From: Candidatus Uhrbacteria bacterium
GTDB lineage: Bacteria > Patescibacteriota > Patescibacteriia > UBA9934 > GWF2-40-263
Length of the DNA: 64,000 bases
Reading direction: 5' to 3'
Assembly: GCA_013204385.1 (NCBI GenBank)
Contig: JABMNY010000013.1
Span: forward strand, 517-64,516
Shown here: piece by piece, positions 28,465-35,939 of the stretch
Layout of the letters: each line of letters opens with the position of its first letter
How positions within the stretch are numbered: position 1 is the first letter of the stretch
Notes under the pieces: generated by a model
The model's database searches: none
What the model was told of the DNA's origin: nothing
What the model saw: only the letters and a program-made list of their open reading frames with translations
Translations under genes and position numbers: made by a program

Positions 28465-30255
28465 ATGAACTTCGCCCTCAATCTCTTTCTGTTGGTCGGC
28501 CTTCTGGGCTGTCAGGAAACTGCGGAGGTTCAGATGGACCCCGTGAGCATTCCTTCTCCCAAGCCCCTGCCTGCTCCTCAGGTCGACGAGAGCTTCATGA
28601 ACCCCTCGGCTGTCGAAGCCTGGCGGAGCGAGATCACGACCCTGATCGCCCACCGAGCAGGGGCGGTGGATCCAAACCTGCTCTTCAGCTACAGCACGAG
28701 CTTTTTGGTCCAGGGAGGGAAGCCAGATCCTCTGATTGGCAACCCTGACATCTGGAACGCAAACTACGAAGTCTCCTTCGAGTTCGAGCCTGAAGTGACC
28801 CTCCCGAGTCTCGACGAGGCCAAGCAGTTGGAACTGGCTGACGATGAATGGGAGGCAGCACAGATCTTCATCATCCATGACAAGATGGTTGATGCGGCTA
28901 GGTGTGCCGTCAAGCTCGAGGAAGAGTCTCAGTGGAAGGTGGTCGCCATGATCGCCGTGCACACTGGAGACTTCGAAATGCTCGATCGCGCGACTACACA
29001 GATGGTCAATGCGAACTGGACCACCAAGACGGTGGACGTCATTCGCTACGCCATCGAGCAGGGAAAGCCCGAGGCAGCTCGACGCATTGCAAAGACTCAC
29101 GGATGGGAGCTGAAGAACGTCATTGATTCCCAGCTCGTCCGGATGATGGCGAAGAGTGGCGACCAGACCGAGCTCGAGGTACTCATCAAGCAGGAGCTCG
29201 ATGATTCCCAGCTGGAGGAGGTCGTTGCGGACATCGTGATGCTCAGCAAGTCGAAGCCTGACATCGCTCGCGCCTACGCGAGTCGACTTCTGCGTCTTCC
29301 GGAGGCGAATCTCTTCATCTGGACGGAGTGTCGCGAAGGTTGCTACTCCTCAGCGGTGAGGGGCTCGATCGAGCTCTTCCAGTTCGTGAAAAGCGATCCT
29401 GAACTCAAGGCTCTCTACCTGCAACATCAGAAGCAGGTGTTCGCGGACATGTTTCCTGCGAACGAGACTCAGAAGTCCGTCACAGCAGGTGTTGATCCCT
29501 CCTCCTATGTGGGTTTCGGAAGCGACATTTGGGGAATGGACGGGGAATACTCTTCCAATAATTTCCTCTACACTCACCTCGTCCATGTCCGTGCGATGCG
29601 TGACGCGGAGCTGACCGCAACCTGGACCTCGATTCTCGATGGGTTGGCCAAGAAGAAGGGCTTCCAGGGGCAGAGCCTGGCCTTCGAGGTGCAGTTTGGG
29701 CGTTACGTGTTGGGACTGCCTTTCACGGCCGATGACCCCAACCTCGATGGGAGTGAGAAGATCGCACTTGGGACGCTCAAAGGGGTTCCCGCTCCGGACA
29801 TGTCCGGAGTCTGGACCATGTGGAACACGATGCCTCCTACCAGTGAAGAGTTGTCTCAGATGAGCTGGCTCTACCAGTTCCTGACCCGTGGGACGATCTC
29901 CTCCCAGCGTGATGCTCAGATCCGGACCGAACTCGGCATCGAGTCGGTCCCAGGTGAAGATGTTCCCCTCAACAAAGAGCTTCAGACAAGGTTCTTCCAG
30001 AGTCTGATGGCACGCTACGAGTTTGGCTGGGACCTCACCAGTGCATTCGACCGCGCGTTTCGCGCTCACGCGACCAACGTTACCGCTCAACGGTTGCGGA
30101 GGGAGCGTGGCTTGCCTGAGATCAATCTCTACCCTGATTCCCAGGAAGAGCTTGTGGAGTTGATGGCCCCGAGCCTGATGCTTCTTGAGCAGAAGCTCCC
30201 GGCGCTTTACGTGCAGTGGCGCCAGAAGCACCCGGTTCCGATCCCGACGCCCTGA
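28465..30255 (+). CDS. High-GC hypothetical lipoprotein (596 aa)
   Basis: ATG 28465 with an AGGAG SD. Lipobox LLVGLLGC. The region is about 58% GC against a background of about 44%. Confidence 0.5.
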   Translation: MNFALNLFLLVGLLGCQETAEVQMDPVSIPSPKPLPAPQVDESFMNPSAVEAWRSEITTLIAHRAGAVDPNLLFSYSTSFLVQGGKPDPLIGNPDIWNANYEVSFEFEPEVTLPSLDEAKQLELADDEWEAAQIFIIHDKMVDAARCAVKLEEESQWKVVAMIAVHTGDFEMLDRATTQMVNANWTTKTVDVIRYAIEQGKPEAARRIAKTHGWELKNVIDSQLVRMMAKSGDQTELEVLIKQELDDSQLEEVVADIVMLSKSKPDIARAYASRLLRLPEANLFIWTECREGCYSSAVRGSIELFQFVKSDPELKALYLQHQKQVFADMFPANETQKSVTAGVDPSSYVGFGSDIWGMDGEYSSNNFLYTHLVHVRAMRDAELTATWTSILDGLAKKKGFQGQSLAFEVQFGRYVLGLPFTADDPNLDGSEKIALGTLKGVPAPDMSGVWTMWNTMPPTSEELSQMSWLYQFLTRGTISSQRDAQIRTELGIESVPGEDVPLNKELQTRFFQSLMARYEFGWDLTSAFDRAFRAHATNVTAQRLRRERGLPEINLYPDSQEELVELMAPSLMLLEQKLPALYVQWRQKHPVPIPTP

Positions 30256-30303
30256 ACACGCGTACATCCGTACGCTACGCCCGACCCCTCCTTCTGAGGC
30301 CTG

Positions 30304-30342
30304 CCCGCCATAGCTCCACGAGCGACGGCGGGTTTTCTTTTT
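30304..30342 (+). terminator. GC-rich hairpin plus T-run after the lipoprotein gene
   Basis: cccgcc ... ggcggg followed by ttttcttttt. Confidence 0.5.
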
Positions 30343-30501
30343 GAGTAAAAGAGGGTAATTTGTAGATATAAGAGGAGTTTGCAACGATCTGAGACTTAGG
30401 GCGATATACTTATGCAAGGTCGACAGAATGTCGGGCTTACAACGTAAATCTCAAATGTTGTGAGCCTAGACATTCACTTAACTTGTAACTTACATGATGA
30501 T

Positions 30502-31128
30502 ATGGAAGAACCTCTGATTGTGAATGCTCAATCAGACCCAGATGCATTCGGGCGGTTGTACGATATGTACTACCAACCCGTTTTTGGGTTCATGTACAAC
30601 AGAACGGGGAATGCTGAGCTTGCAAAGGACTTAACAAGCGAAACGTTTTTTCAAGCTTTGAAGAATCTCCATCGTTATAAACCTCGCAAAGGTGCCAGTT
30701 TTAAATCTTGGCTTTTCGCGATTGGAGTGGCTCAAGTTGGAAATTATTATAGGAGTCGCTCAAAATTTCTTGAGGTCACGACAGATGAGGCTCCAGAACT
30801 GATTGGCCGAGATGATTTTAGACCCGATATTGCCTATAGAATGGGAGAGGATGAGAAAGAGCTTGAAGCACAAATTACCTTGCTTCGTACCATGATGAGT
30901 AAACTGAACCAAAGGCAACAAACCATTTTGACACTTCGTTTCTTCTCGCACATGACAGTCCCTGAGATTGCAACAACCATCGGAATGAAAGAAGGGACAG
31001 TTAAATCACATATTCACAGAGCATTAAAGAAACTTCAAATTCTCATGTTACAAGAAGAGGAAGAAGTACAGGCACGACAAATGGAGGTTTTACCAAAAAA
31101 ATATGTCCGACAAACAGCTCAAAATTGA
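30502..31128 (+). CDS. ECF-type sigma-70 family sigma factor
   Basis: Region 2 (FGRLYDMYYQPVFGF) and a region 4 HTH (LTLRFFSHMTVPEIATTIGMKEGTVKSHIHRALKKL). The likely start is ATG 30502. Confidence 0.75.
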   Translation: MEEPLIVNAQSDPDAFGRLYDMYYQPVFGFMYNRTGNAELAKDLTSETFFQALKNLHRYKPRKGASFKSWLFAIGVAQVGNYYRSRSKFLEVTTDEAPELIGRDDFRPDIAYRMGEDEKELEAQITLLRTMMSKLNQRQQTILTLRFFSHMTVPEIATTIGMKEGTVKSHIHRALKKLQILMLQEEEEVQARQMEVLPKKYVRQTAQN

Positions 31129-31555
31129 AGAACTCTTAGAGGTTATGGGTTCAAAGGAACATGTCGGCAGTTCAGAGCATCGCTATGAACTACGACGGAG
31201 TCTTTTATGTTCTCGATTCTTTGCTGCGGAAACTGCTTGCATGAGTCGTTGGGATAAAATGATGACCTATACAGCACCGCTTGTGGCTGGGGGGATGATG
31301 GTTGGTGTATTTACGTTAATGGTTGTGTATGCTCCTATTGAGCCAGAAGTAGGTCCGCAGACACGTTTTTCAAAAGAATCATCACTTGAGGCAGATCAAT
31401 ATGCTTCTTTAGAAGTGCTTCCAATTAATGCGGAGGATTTTCTTTCAGATCCAGCACAACCAACAGTTCAACTGGTTGGATTTCAAACAGAGCAGTCAAG
31501 ACCTGTTATGCATTATACACCGCTTACTTCACAGGAATACGTTCGTACGCAGTAA
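31103..31555 (+). CDS. Putative anti-sigma factor (single-TM, overlapping the ECF sigma gene)
   Basis: Overlaps the sigma gene 3' end by 26 nt and carries one TM helix (APLVAGGMMVGVFTLMVVYA). The assignment rests on context only. Confidence 0.35.
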   Translation: MSDKQLKIEELLEVMGSKEHVGSSEHRYELRRSLLCSRFFAAETACMSRWDKMMTYTAPLVAGGMMVGVFTLMVVYAPIEPEVGPQTRFSKESSLEADQYASLEVLPINAEDFLSDPAQPTVQLVGFQTEQSRPVMHYTPLTSQEYVRTQ

Positions 31556-31575
31556 TTCCTTATTGTATTGTCGTA

Positions 31576-31604
31576 TATTTACAAAAGGGTTTTTCAGTTT
31601 TATA
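31576..31604 (+). promoter_or_regulatory. Near-consensus sigma-70 promoter: TTTACA, 17-nt spacer, TATACT
   Basis: -35 at 31576-31581 and -10 at 31599-31604. The predicted TSS is about 31611. Confidence 0.45.
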
Positions 31605-31610
31605 CTAGAG

Positions 31611-31947
31611 ATAGCTCCACGGAACTAATTTGGGCAAACATTTGGTAAAGGGCTTAGAGCTGTTCTTGCTTTGGCAGAACATGAGAGCCCCGCGGTAAAC
31701 CCAAGAGTTTGTGAATTTGGCCCACTTTCGACTTACGGGACCCCGCCAGTTCCTCGTTGTACGTCTGAGTACAGCTTCGTCGCTGGCACCCCGTGCACCA
31801 AAATTGGTCTCAAATTCACAAACTCTTACGAAGGGTGCAGCAAATTCGATACGATGCTTCGGTGAGTCAACTGAATCATTGTGGAGAACGCGTACTGGCC
31901 CATGGTCAGTACCCGACTTTCGCGCGCCAAATATAGGGCTGTGGAGT
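31611..31947 (+). ncRNA. Candidate structured non-coding RNA of about 340 nt, class unassigned
   Basis: No credible ORF in the interval. The 5' end AGCUCCACGG pairs with the 3' CUGUGGAGU, and this helix extends to AUUUGG/CCAAAU. There is an internal 17-bp perfect long-range helix (aagagtttgtgaatttg at 31703-31719 pairing with caaattcacaaactctt at 31816-31832). A strong terminator follows immediately. Confidence 0.4.
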
Positions 31948-31948
31948 A

Positions 31949-31990
31949 AAAAACTCCTGATATGAAGTTTCATATCAGGAGTTTTAATTT
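31949..31990. terminator. Bidirectional rho-independent terminator
   Basis: aaaaaactcctgatatgaag ttt catatcaggagtttt is a perfect 14-bp stem with A and T runs on both sides. It sits between the convergent RNA locus and the minus-strand gene at 32119..32625. Confidence 0.7.
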
Positions 31991-32118
31991 TGATGTATCA
32001 GCCCCGACGTTCTTCTAAGTCGGGGTCCCGACCCTCTATTTATGATATTAGGCGTCGGGATCGATGTTCGTTCCTTTGTTTTCTGAGAAAGAAAAAAAGC
32101 CCAAAGGCTTCGAGAGGG

Positions 32119-32625
32119 TCAGGAGGACTGCGTGAGAGTCTGGTAGACTTCTGTGATTCGTTTTGGCAGACGTTTGGGTGCCAGCTCATCATCGCCAAGA
32201 AGGGTGGTCTCGAGTTCTTCGAGAAGTGAAAGAATCTCTTCAGCACGAGCTACGTGTGTAGTGTAGTGACTCAGTGCTCTGTCGAGGGTGCCGACCGTCA
32301 AGGGGTCATGCTCCTTACTTCTTGCAAGGGTAGATCTGTAGCCATCCATTTCGTGTTGGCCCACAGCGTACCATTCGGCGATCGTCTGGTGGCTCTGTTC
32401 CATGGCTTCCAGATGTAATGGAAGGACGCGGAACACAAGTTCATCGAGCTGCCCGTTAGCAGTCTCCCAGTTGGTCCCATACATGTGAGGCTTCAGACGT
32501 TCGAAAATAGCGTGGGCACGTAGACGCATTCGATGCGTCAATGTGTGAGCATCGAGAAGGCGATATACCCCCAGCAGAAGAAGAATGCAGATGACGACAA
32601 TGAATTGTGTCACAATTGAGGACAT
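32119..32625 (-). CDS. Hypothetical single-TM membrane protein (168 aa), elevated GC
   Basis: GGAGG SD upstream of the ATG at 32625, an N-terminal TM helix, and about 53% GC. Confidence 0.4.
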   Translation of the reverse strand: MSSIVTQFIVVICILLLLGVYRLLDAHTLTHRMRLRAHAIFERLKPHMYGTNWETANGQLDELVFRVLPLHLEAMEQSHQTIAEWYAVGQHEMDGYRSTLARSKEHDPLTVGTLDRALSHYTTHVARAEEILSLLEELETTLLGDDELAPKRLPKRITEVYQTLTQSS

Positions 32626-32918
32626 GAGAACCTCCGAAGCTTAGAATTACAAATTTATAGGTCTTTGTCAATACAAAACCTTTATTTGATTTAGTTTTTT
32701 GATCCTTTTTTCAGACCCGCGATTGTACTCACCTGGACTTCTGTCTGGACATACAACGCAGTGGTAGGGGATTTGAAAGTCAAGATTATTGTTCGAGATG
32801 TTCCCGGTCGCTCGATAAGTCTTCGGTTTGCCTGTCGTATGAGCAACCTCCTTTTAGTTCATTATTTTTCCTTGCGGAATTCGGCGAACGATATTATGCA
32901 CAAGCTTTACAAAGGGAG

Positions 32919-33803
32919 TCATAAAGAAAGTCTTTTTCGATGCTGTTTGAGAAGTTTATCTTTGATAAGACGGGACACCATGTCGTCGATCCATTCTTGA
33001 TCTAGATGTTGATCGAACATCGGGTCGATGAGTGGACCTAGTTGATTTGATCTGATGGTTACTCGTTCTCGTACTGTTTTAAGGATTCGGCCTCGGTAGA
33101 TGCGGTCTGGATAGGGTTTATTTCGATACTGTCGTTCCTTTGGTTTTTTTGTAGATCGTTTCGGAATCGTTACAGTTTTTTCTAAAAAGTTCTTTGATGC
33201 GAAACACTCATTTTTAAGTGGACAGCGGGCACAATCTGGTGATTTGGTACAAATACTGGTTGCAAGGTCAAAGATGGCCTGTGGGACGTCCCAGTAGGCT
33301 CCACGGCGCGGAAGAAACTCTTCTGTACAGCCGTGAATCTTTTCATCATCTGCCAGTTGCGGAAAATGAATTCCTAGAAGATAACGACCAAGAACTCGAC
33401 GGATGTTTGTATCAATCGGAAGTGTTCGTTTTCTTTGAGCGAAGGCACTAATCGCCGAAGCTGTGTAAGGACCAATCCCTTTGATTGTTAACCATTCATC
33501 TTCAGTCTGAGGAAGACCATTTAGATTGACTGTACGCGCCACGTCTCGAAGCATGAGTGCTCTGCGGTTATAGCCGAGTCCCGCCCATGCTGTAATGACT
33601 TCTGCATTTGTGGCAAGCGAGAGTTTCTTCCAGGAGGGGAATTGTTTCAGCCAAGATTTGTAATAGACTCGAACACGATCTACTTGAGTCTGCTGCAACA
33701 TGATTTCACTCACGAGGATGCGATAAGGGTCTTGCGTCTTCCTCCAAGGGAGATCTCGACCATGTACGCGATACCAGCGGAGTAGGAGTGTTGCCGGTTT
33801 CAT
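32919..33803 (-). CDS. A/G-specific adenine glycosylase-like HhH-GPD base-excision repair protein (MutY/Nth superfamily) with a 4Fe-4S loop
   Basis: LLRWYRVHGRDLPWR N-terminus, the HhH-GPD motif (LTIKGIGPYTASAI), and a C-x6-C-x2-C-x5-C cluster (CTKSPDCARCPLKNEC). It lacks an obvious C-terminal MutT-like domain. Confidence 0.7.
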   Translation of the reverse strand: MKPATLLLRWYRVHGRDLPWRKTQDPYRILVSEIMLQQTQVDRVRVYYKSWLKQFPSWKKLSLATNAEVITAWAGLGYNRRALMLRDVARTVNLNGLPQTEDEWLTIKGIGPYTASAISAFAQRKRTLPIDTNIRRVLGRYLLGIHFPQLADDEKIHGCTEEFLPRRGAYWDVPQAIFDLATSICTKSPDCARCPLKNECFASKNFLEKTVTIPKRSTKKPKERQYRNKPYPDRIYRGRILKTVRERVTIRSNQLGPLIDPMFDQHLDQEWIDDMVSRLIKDKLLKQHRKRLSL

Positions 33804-34387
33804 AGATCGATCACTCCAGAATTGACGAGTGCTTGATAATGCTCCGGTTGAAATCTAAAAAGGTATTCAATTACTTTTCCTCGTTGAGGTGTTGAATCGA
33901 GTCCTACAGAGTCTGCGAATGTTTGGATGCGCTCCAATGCTTTCGTTGTTTGAGAGGGATGTTCTACAAGGAGTTCTATTTCAGCAAGCTCATAGCCAAA
34001 GTCGCAGATGTCGAGATCAATACGAAACCCATCTCGTCGATAACTCTTTCGTGCTTTTGCAATGCGGCAATAAGGGAAGATTCCCACAGCTTGCAAAGCC
34101 TCTGCTAGAGGGAGGGTGTCTGAAAGCTTTAGAAACGCTCGGATACGCATCTCGTTCTCGATCTCCTCATAGATGGCACCTGTTTGTTTTTGGTGATCTT
34201 TCTGTCCAACTTTTAGTTCGTATTTGCCGTTACGAGTTCTCAGCCAAATATCCTGTAAAGAATAAGTGAATTCTTGTGTATCAAAAAAGACATCAACATT
34301 GGTCCCTTCTTTTATAAGCTCGGCTCCTCTGAGCAGGTTCTCTTCCTGGTCGGATGTGAGTCTAAATTTCTTTTCGACCTCGATCAT
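33800..34387 (-). CDS. CYTH domain protein (triphosphate tunnel metalloenzyme)
   Basis: MIEVEKKF start (EXEXK motif) and later acidic motifs. It overlaps the downstream mutY-like start by 4 nt. The start was chosen at the internal Met 34387. Confidence 0.55.
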   Translation of the reverse strand: MIEVEKKFRLTSDQEENLLRGAELIKEGTNVDVFFDTQEFTYSLQDIWLRTRNGKYELKVGQKDHQKQTGAIYEEIENEMRIRAFLKLSDTLPLAEALQAVGIFPYCRIAKARKSYRRDGFRIDLDICDFGYELAEIELLVEHPSQTTKALERIQTFADSVGLDSTPQRGKVIEYLFRFQPEHYQALVNSGVIDL

Positions 34388-34434
34388 ATCAAGTACCATA
34401 GTAACATATGCGAACATCGTCAAAATCTCCACTC

Positions 34435-35514
34435 ATGACAGCTCTTTTTGCCTCCTTACTACTCATTGCAATTCTGCTTGCCATTGCCGTTGGAGCAAAG
34501 CTCGGGAAGACAAAAACTTCTCCACAAGTTCAAGAGAGTCTGAACGCGCAAGAAACTCCTTCTGTAGAAGAGACTCAGAAAGAAAAAGATGAACCAGCTC
34601 CCGTCTTTTTTTCGATCATGACACATCTAGAAGGTAACTGGACACAAGCAATTGACTTCGAACCATTTTTCGATCGACAGGCAGAGTATCTCAGACAAGG
34701 ATATGCGTATGCACAAACATACAACGCCATTCTCACGATTGAATCTGAAATTCCAATGGCGGAAGCGATGGTCAAATGGAATGACAATCTTCTTCAAGAG
34801 GCACTTGATCTTGGGCAAGGGGTTGGAACACATTGTGATATCACTCCAAGTGAAAAATATTCAACAGAGGAGATCATTGAAGAATTTGCCAGACGTAAGC
34901 GTGCCGTTGATGTATTAGTCGATCCTTCAGAAAATCTTGGTTGTTCTGGTGGAGGAGGTGTGAGTGATTGGTATCTTGGGGCTGTCGGAGCTGGGTTTGA
35001 CTACATTGATGGAACTGTCGGATTTCATTTGTTAGCAGTCCCTGTACGTGAACGACCGCAGGGGTGGGATAACCGTGCGATTCTTTCTGAGTATTACCAT
35101 TATGGAGTCCCTCGTGAAGATCAGAAGAAGTACTATCCGTTTTTCATTTCTAACGTTGGATTTGAGGAAGATCCGAGTGGAGCTTTGTTGGTGAGTGCTG
35201 GTGATATAGGTGCTATTCAAGCTATTGCAGAATTGGAAGGGAAAGAAGGATGGGATGGAGACTGTGAGGGGGAGTGTGAATTTTCCCGAGAAGATGTTGA
35301 TGTGCTTGTGGAGCGGATTCAGACGCTTGTTGACGATCGAGATGAGACACGGGTCATGAAACTTCAGGTCTATATTGCGACTCAGTATTATGCGGATCCA
35401 GACATGGAATACTTTTTTCAAGAGATGGAAAAGCTTCAAGATGAACAGGTATTTCAATGGGCAAGTCAAAAGCAAGTCTATGAAGCCGTTGTTGATTGGG
35501 ATGATCGATCCTAA
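34435..35514 (+). CDS. Hypothetical membrane-anchored or secreted protein (about 360 aa)
   Basis: N-terminal hydrophobic segment, then a Thr/Glu-rich linker and a Cys-containing globular domain. No family recognised. Confidence 0.4.
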   Translation: MTALFASLLLIAILLAIAVGAKLGKTKTSPQVQESLNAQETPSVEETQKEKDEPAPVFFSIMTHLEGNWTQAIDFEPFFDRQAEYLRQGYAYAQTYNAILTIESEIPMAEAMVKWNDNLLQEALDLGQGVGTHCDITPSEKYSTEEIIEEFARRKRAVDVLVDPSENLGCSGGGGVSDWYLGAVGAGFDYIDGTVGFHLLAVPVRERPQGWDNRAILSEYYHYGVPREDQKKYYPFFISNVGFEEDPSGALLVSAGDIGAIQAIAELEGKEGWDGDCEGECEFSREDVDVLVERIQTLVDDRDETRVMKLQVYIATQYYADPDMEYFFQEMEKLQDEQVFQWASQKQVYEAVVDWDDRS

Positions 35515-35637
35515 GACGCTTGACACGCTCTTGAGCTCTTGATAGAGGCTCGTGTAAACTATCCTTACCTAAGCGTTTAGGTATTAATTCATAAACTATC
35601 CTTGAGGCATAAAGACAGATGTCTTAGCCACAATGTT

Positions 35638-35805
35638 ATGCTGTATCAATACAGTTTCGTCTCCGGTGATGAGTGGGACGATGACGATGACGATGACGAT
35701 GACATGGACCTGGGTATGGGCAGTGACGAAGAAGATGATGACGACGATGCCGATACGGACATGGACCTTGACATGGGTCTCGACGACGACGGAGACGAAT
35801 GGTAA
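35638..35805 (+). CDS. Candidate 55-aa poly-acidic peptide (MLYQYSFVSGDEWDDDDDDDDDMDLGMGSDEEDDDDDADTDMDLDMGLDDDGDEW)
   Basis: In-frame ATG at 35638 (the ORF track extends to a TTG at 35602). It ends 6 nt before a perfect hairpin. An alternative overlapping frame, 35633..35815, encodes a Thr/Met/Trp-rich peptide. Which frame is real was not resolved. Confidence 0.3.
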   Translation: MLYQYSFVSGDEWDDDDDDDDDMDLGMGSDEEDDDDDADTDMDLDMGLDDDGDEW

Positions 35806-35809
35806 CGAT

Positions 35810-35840
35810 AAATGAGATCCGCATGGATCTCATTTATATT
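35810..35840 (+). terminator. Perfect hairpin plus T-rich tail after the small acidic ORF
   Basis: aaatgagatcc gca tggatctcattt followed by atattctt. Confidence 0.55.
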
Positions 35841-35851
35841 CTTGCGAAGTA

Positions 35852-35875
35852 CTTGTCTTGACAAGGTGTTATAAT
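35852..35875 (+). promoter_or_regulatory. Extended -10 promoter (TGTTATAAT) with an overlapping perfect inverted repeat cttgtc-tt-gacaag
   Basis: TGnTATAAT at 35867-35875. The inverted repeat at 35852-35865 looks like an operator. The promoter lies about 65 nt upstream of the rimK-like ATG. Confidence 0.4.
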
Positions 35876-35939
35876 AGACTAAACTAACGTCCTTGCTTAG
35901 AAATCAAAAACAGCGTATCTTCCAGACGAATTTTGAAAT

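Noticed and set aside
31611-31947. Assignment of the candidate ncRNA to RNase P RNA, tmRNA, SRP RNA or 6S RNA
   Set aside because: Both copies of the P4-like element (CCCACUUUCG and CCCGACUUUCG) are same-sense. This holds on either strand, so no P4 pseudoknot can form. There is no GGUUCGAnUCC T-arm and no ...ALAA-type tag frame for tmRNA, and no AGGUC...GGAAGGAAGCAGC SRP domain IV. The RNA is about twice the length of 6S. It is left unclassified.
31671-31965. ORFs 31671..31865 and 31711..31965 (64 and 84 aa) inside the RNA locus
   Set aside because: They overlap each other in different frames and lack an SD. The region shows strong RNA-structure signals instead.
32119-32625. Calling the 168-aa membrane protein a LemA family member
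   Set aside because: Only a short, gapped resemblance to the LemA core (W..Q...R..P) could be seen by eye, far weaker than the bona fide LemA at 44308-44907. It is left as hypothetical.
35602-35637. TTG start at 35602 for the acidic micro-ORF as given in the ORF track
   Set aside because: No SD, and an in-frame ATG follows at 35638. The shorter ATG-initiated version is preferred, but the frame itself remains uncertain (see findings).
35640-35810. The GAT/GAC-rich region as a CRISPR-like or simple satellite repeat
   Set aside because: It is an imperfect hexamer codon repeat within an ORF, with no spacer-repeat periodicity. There are no CRISPR arrays anywhere in the window.
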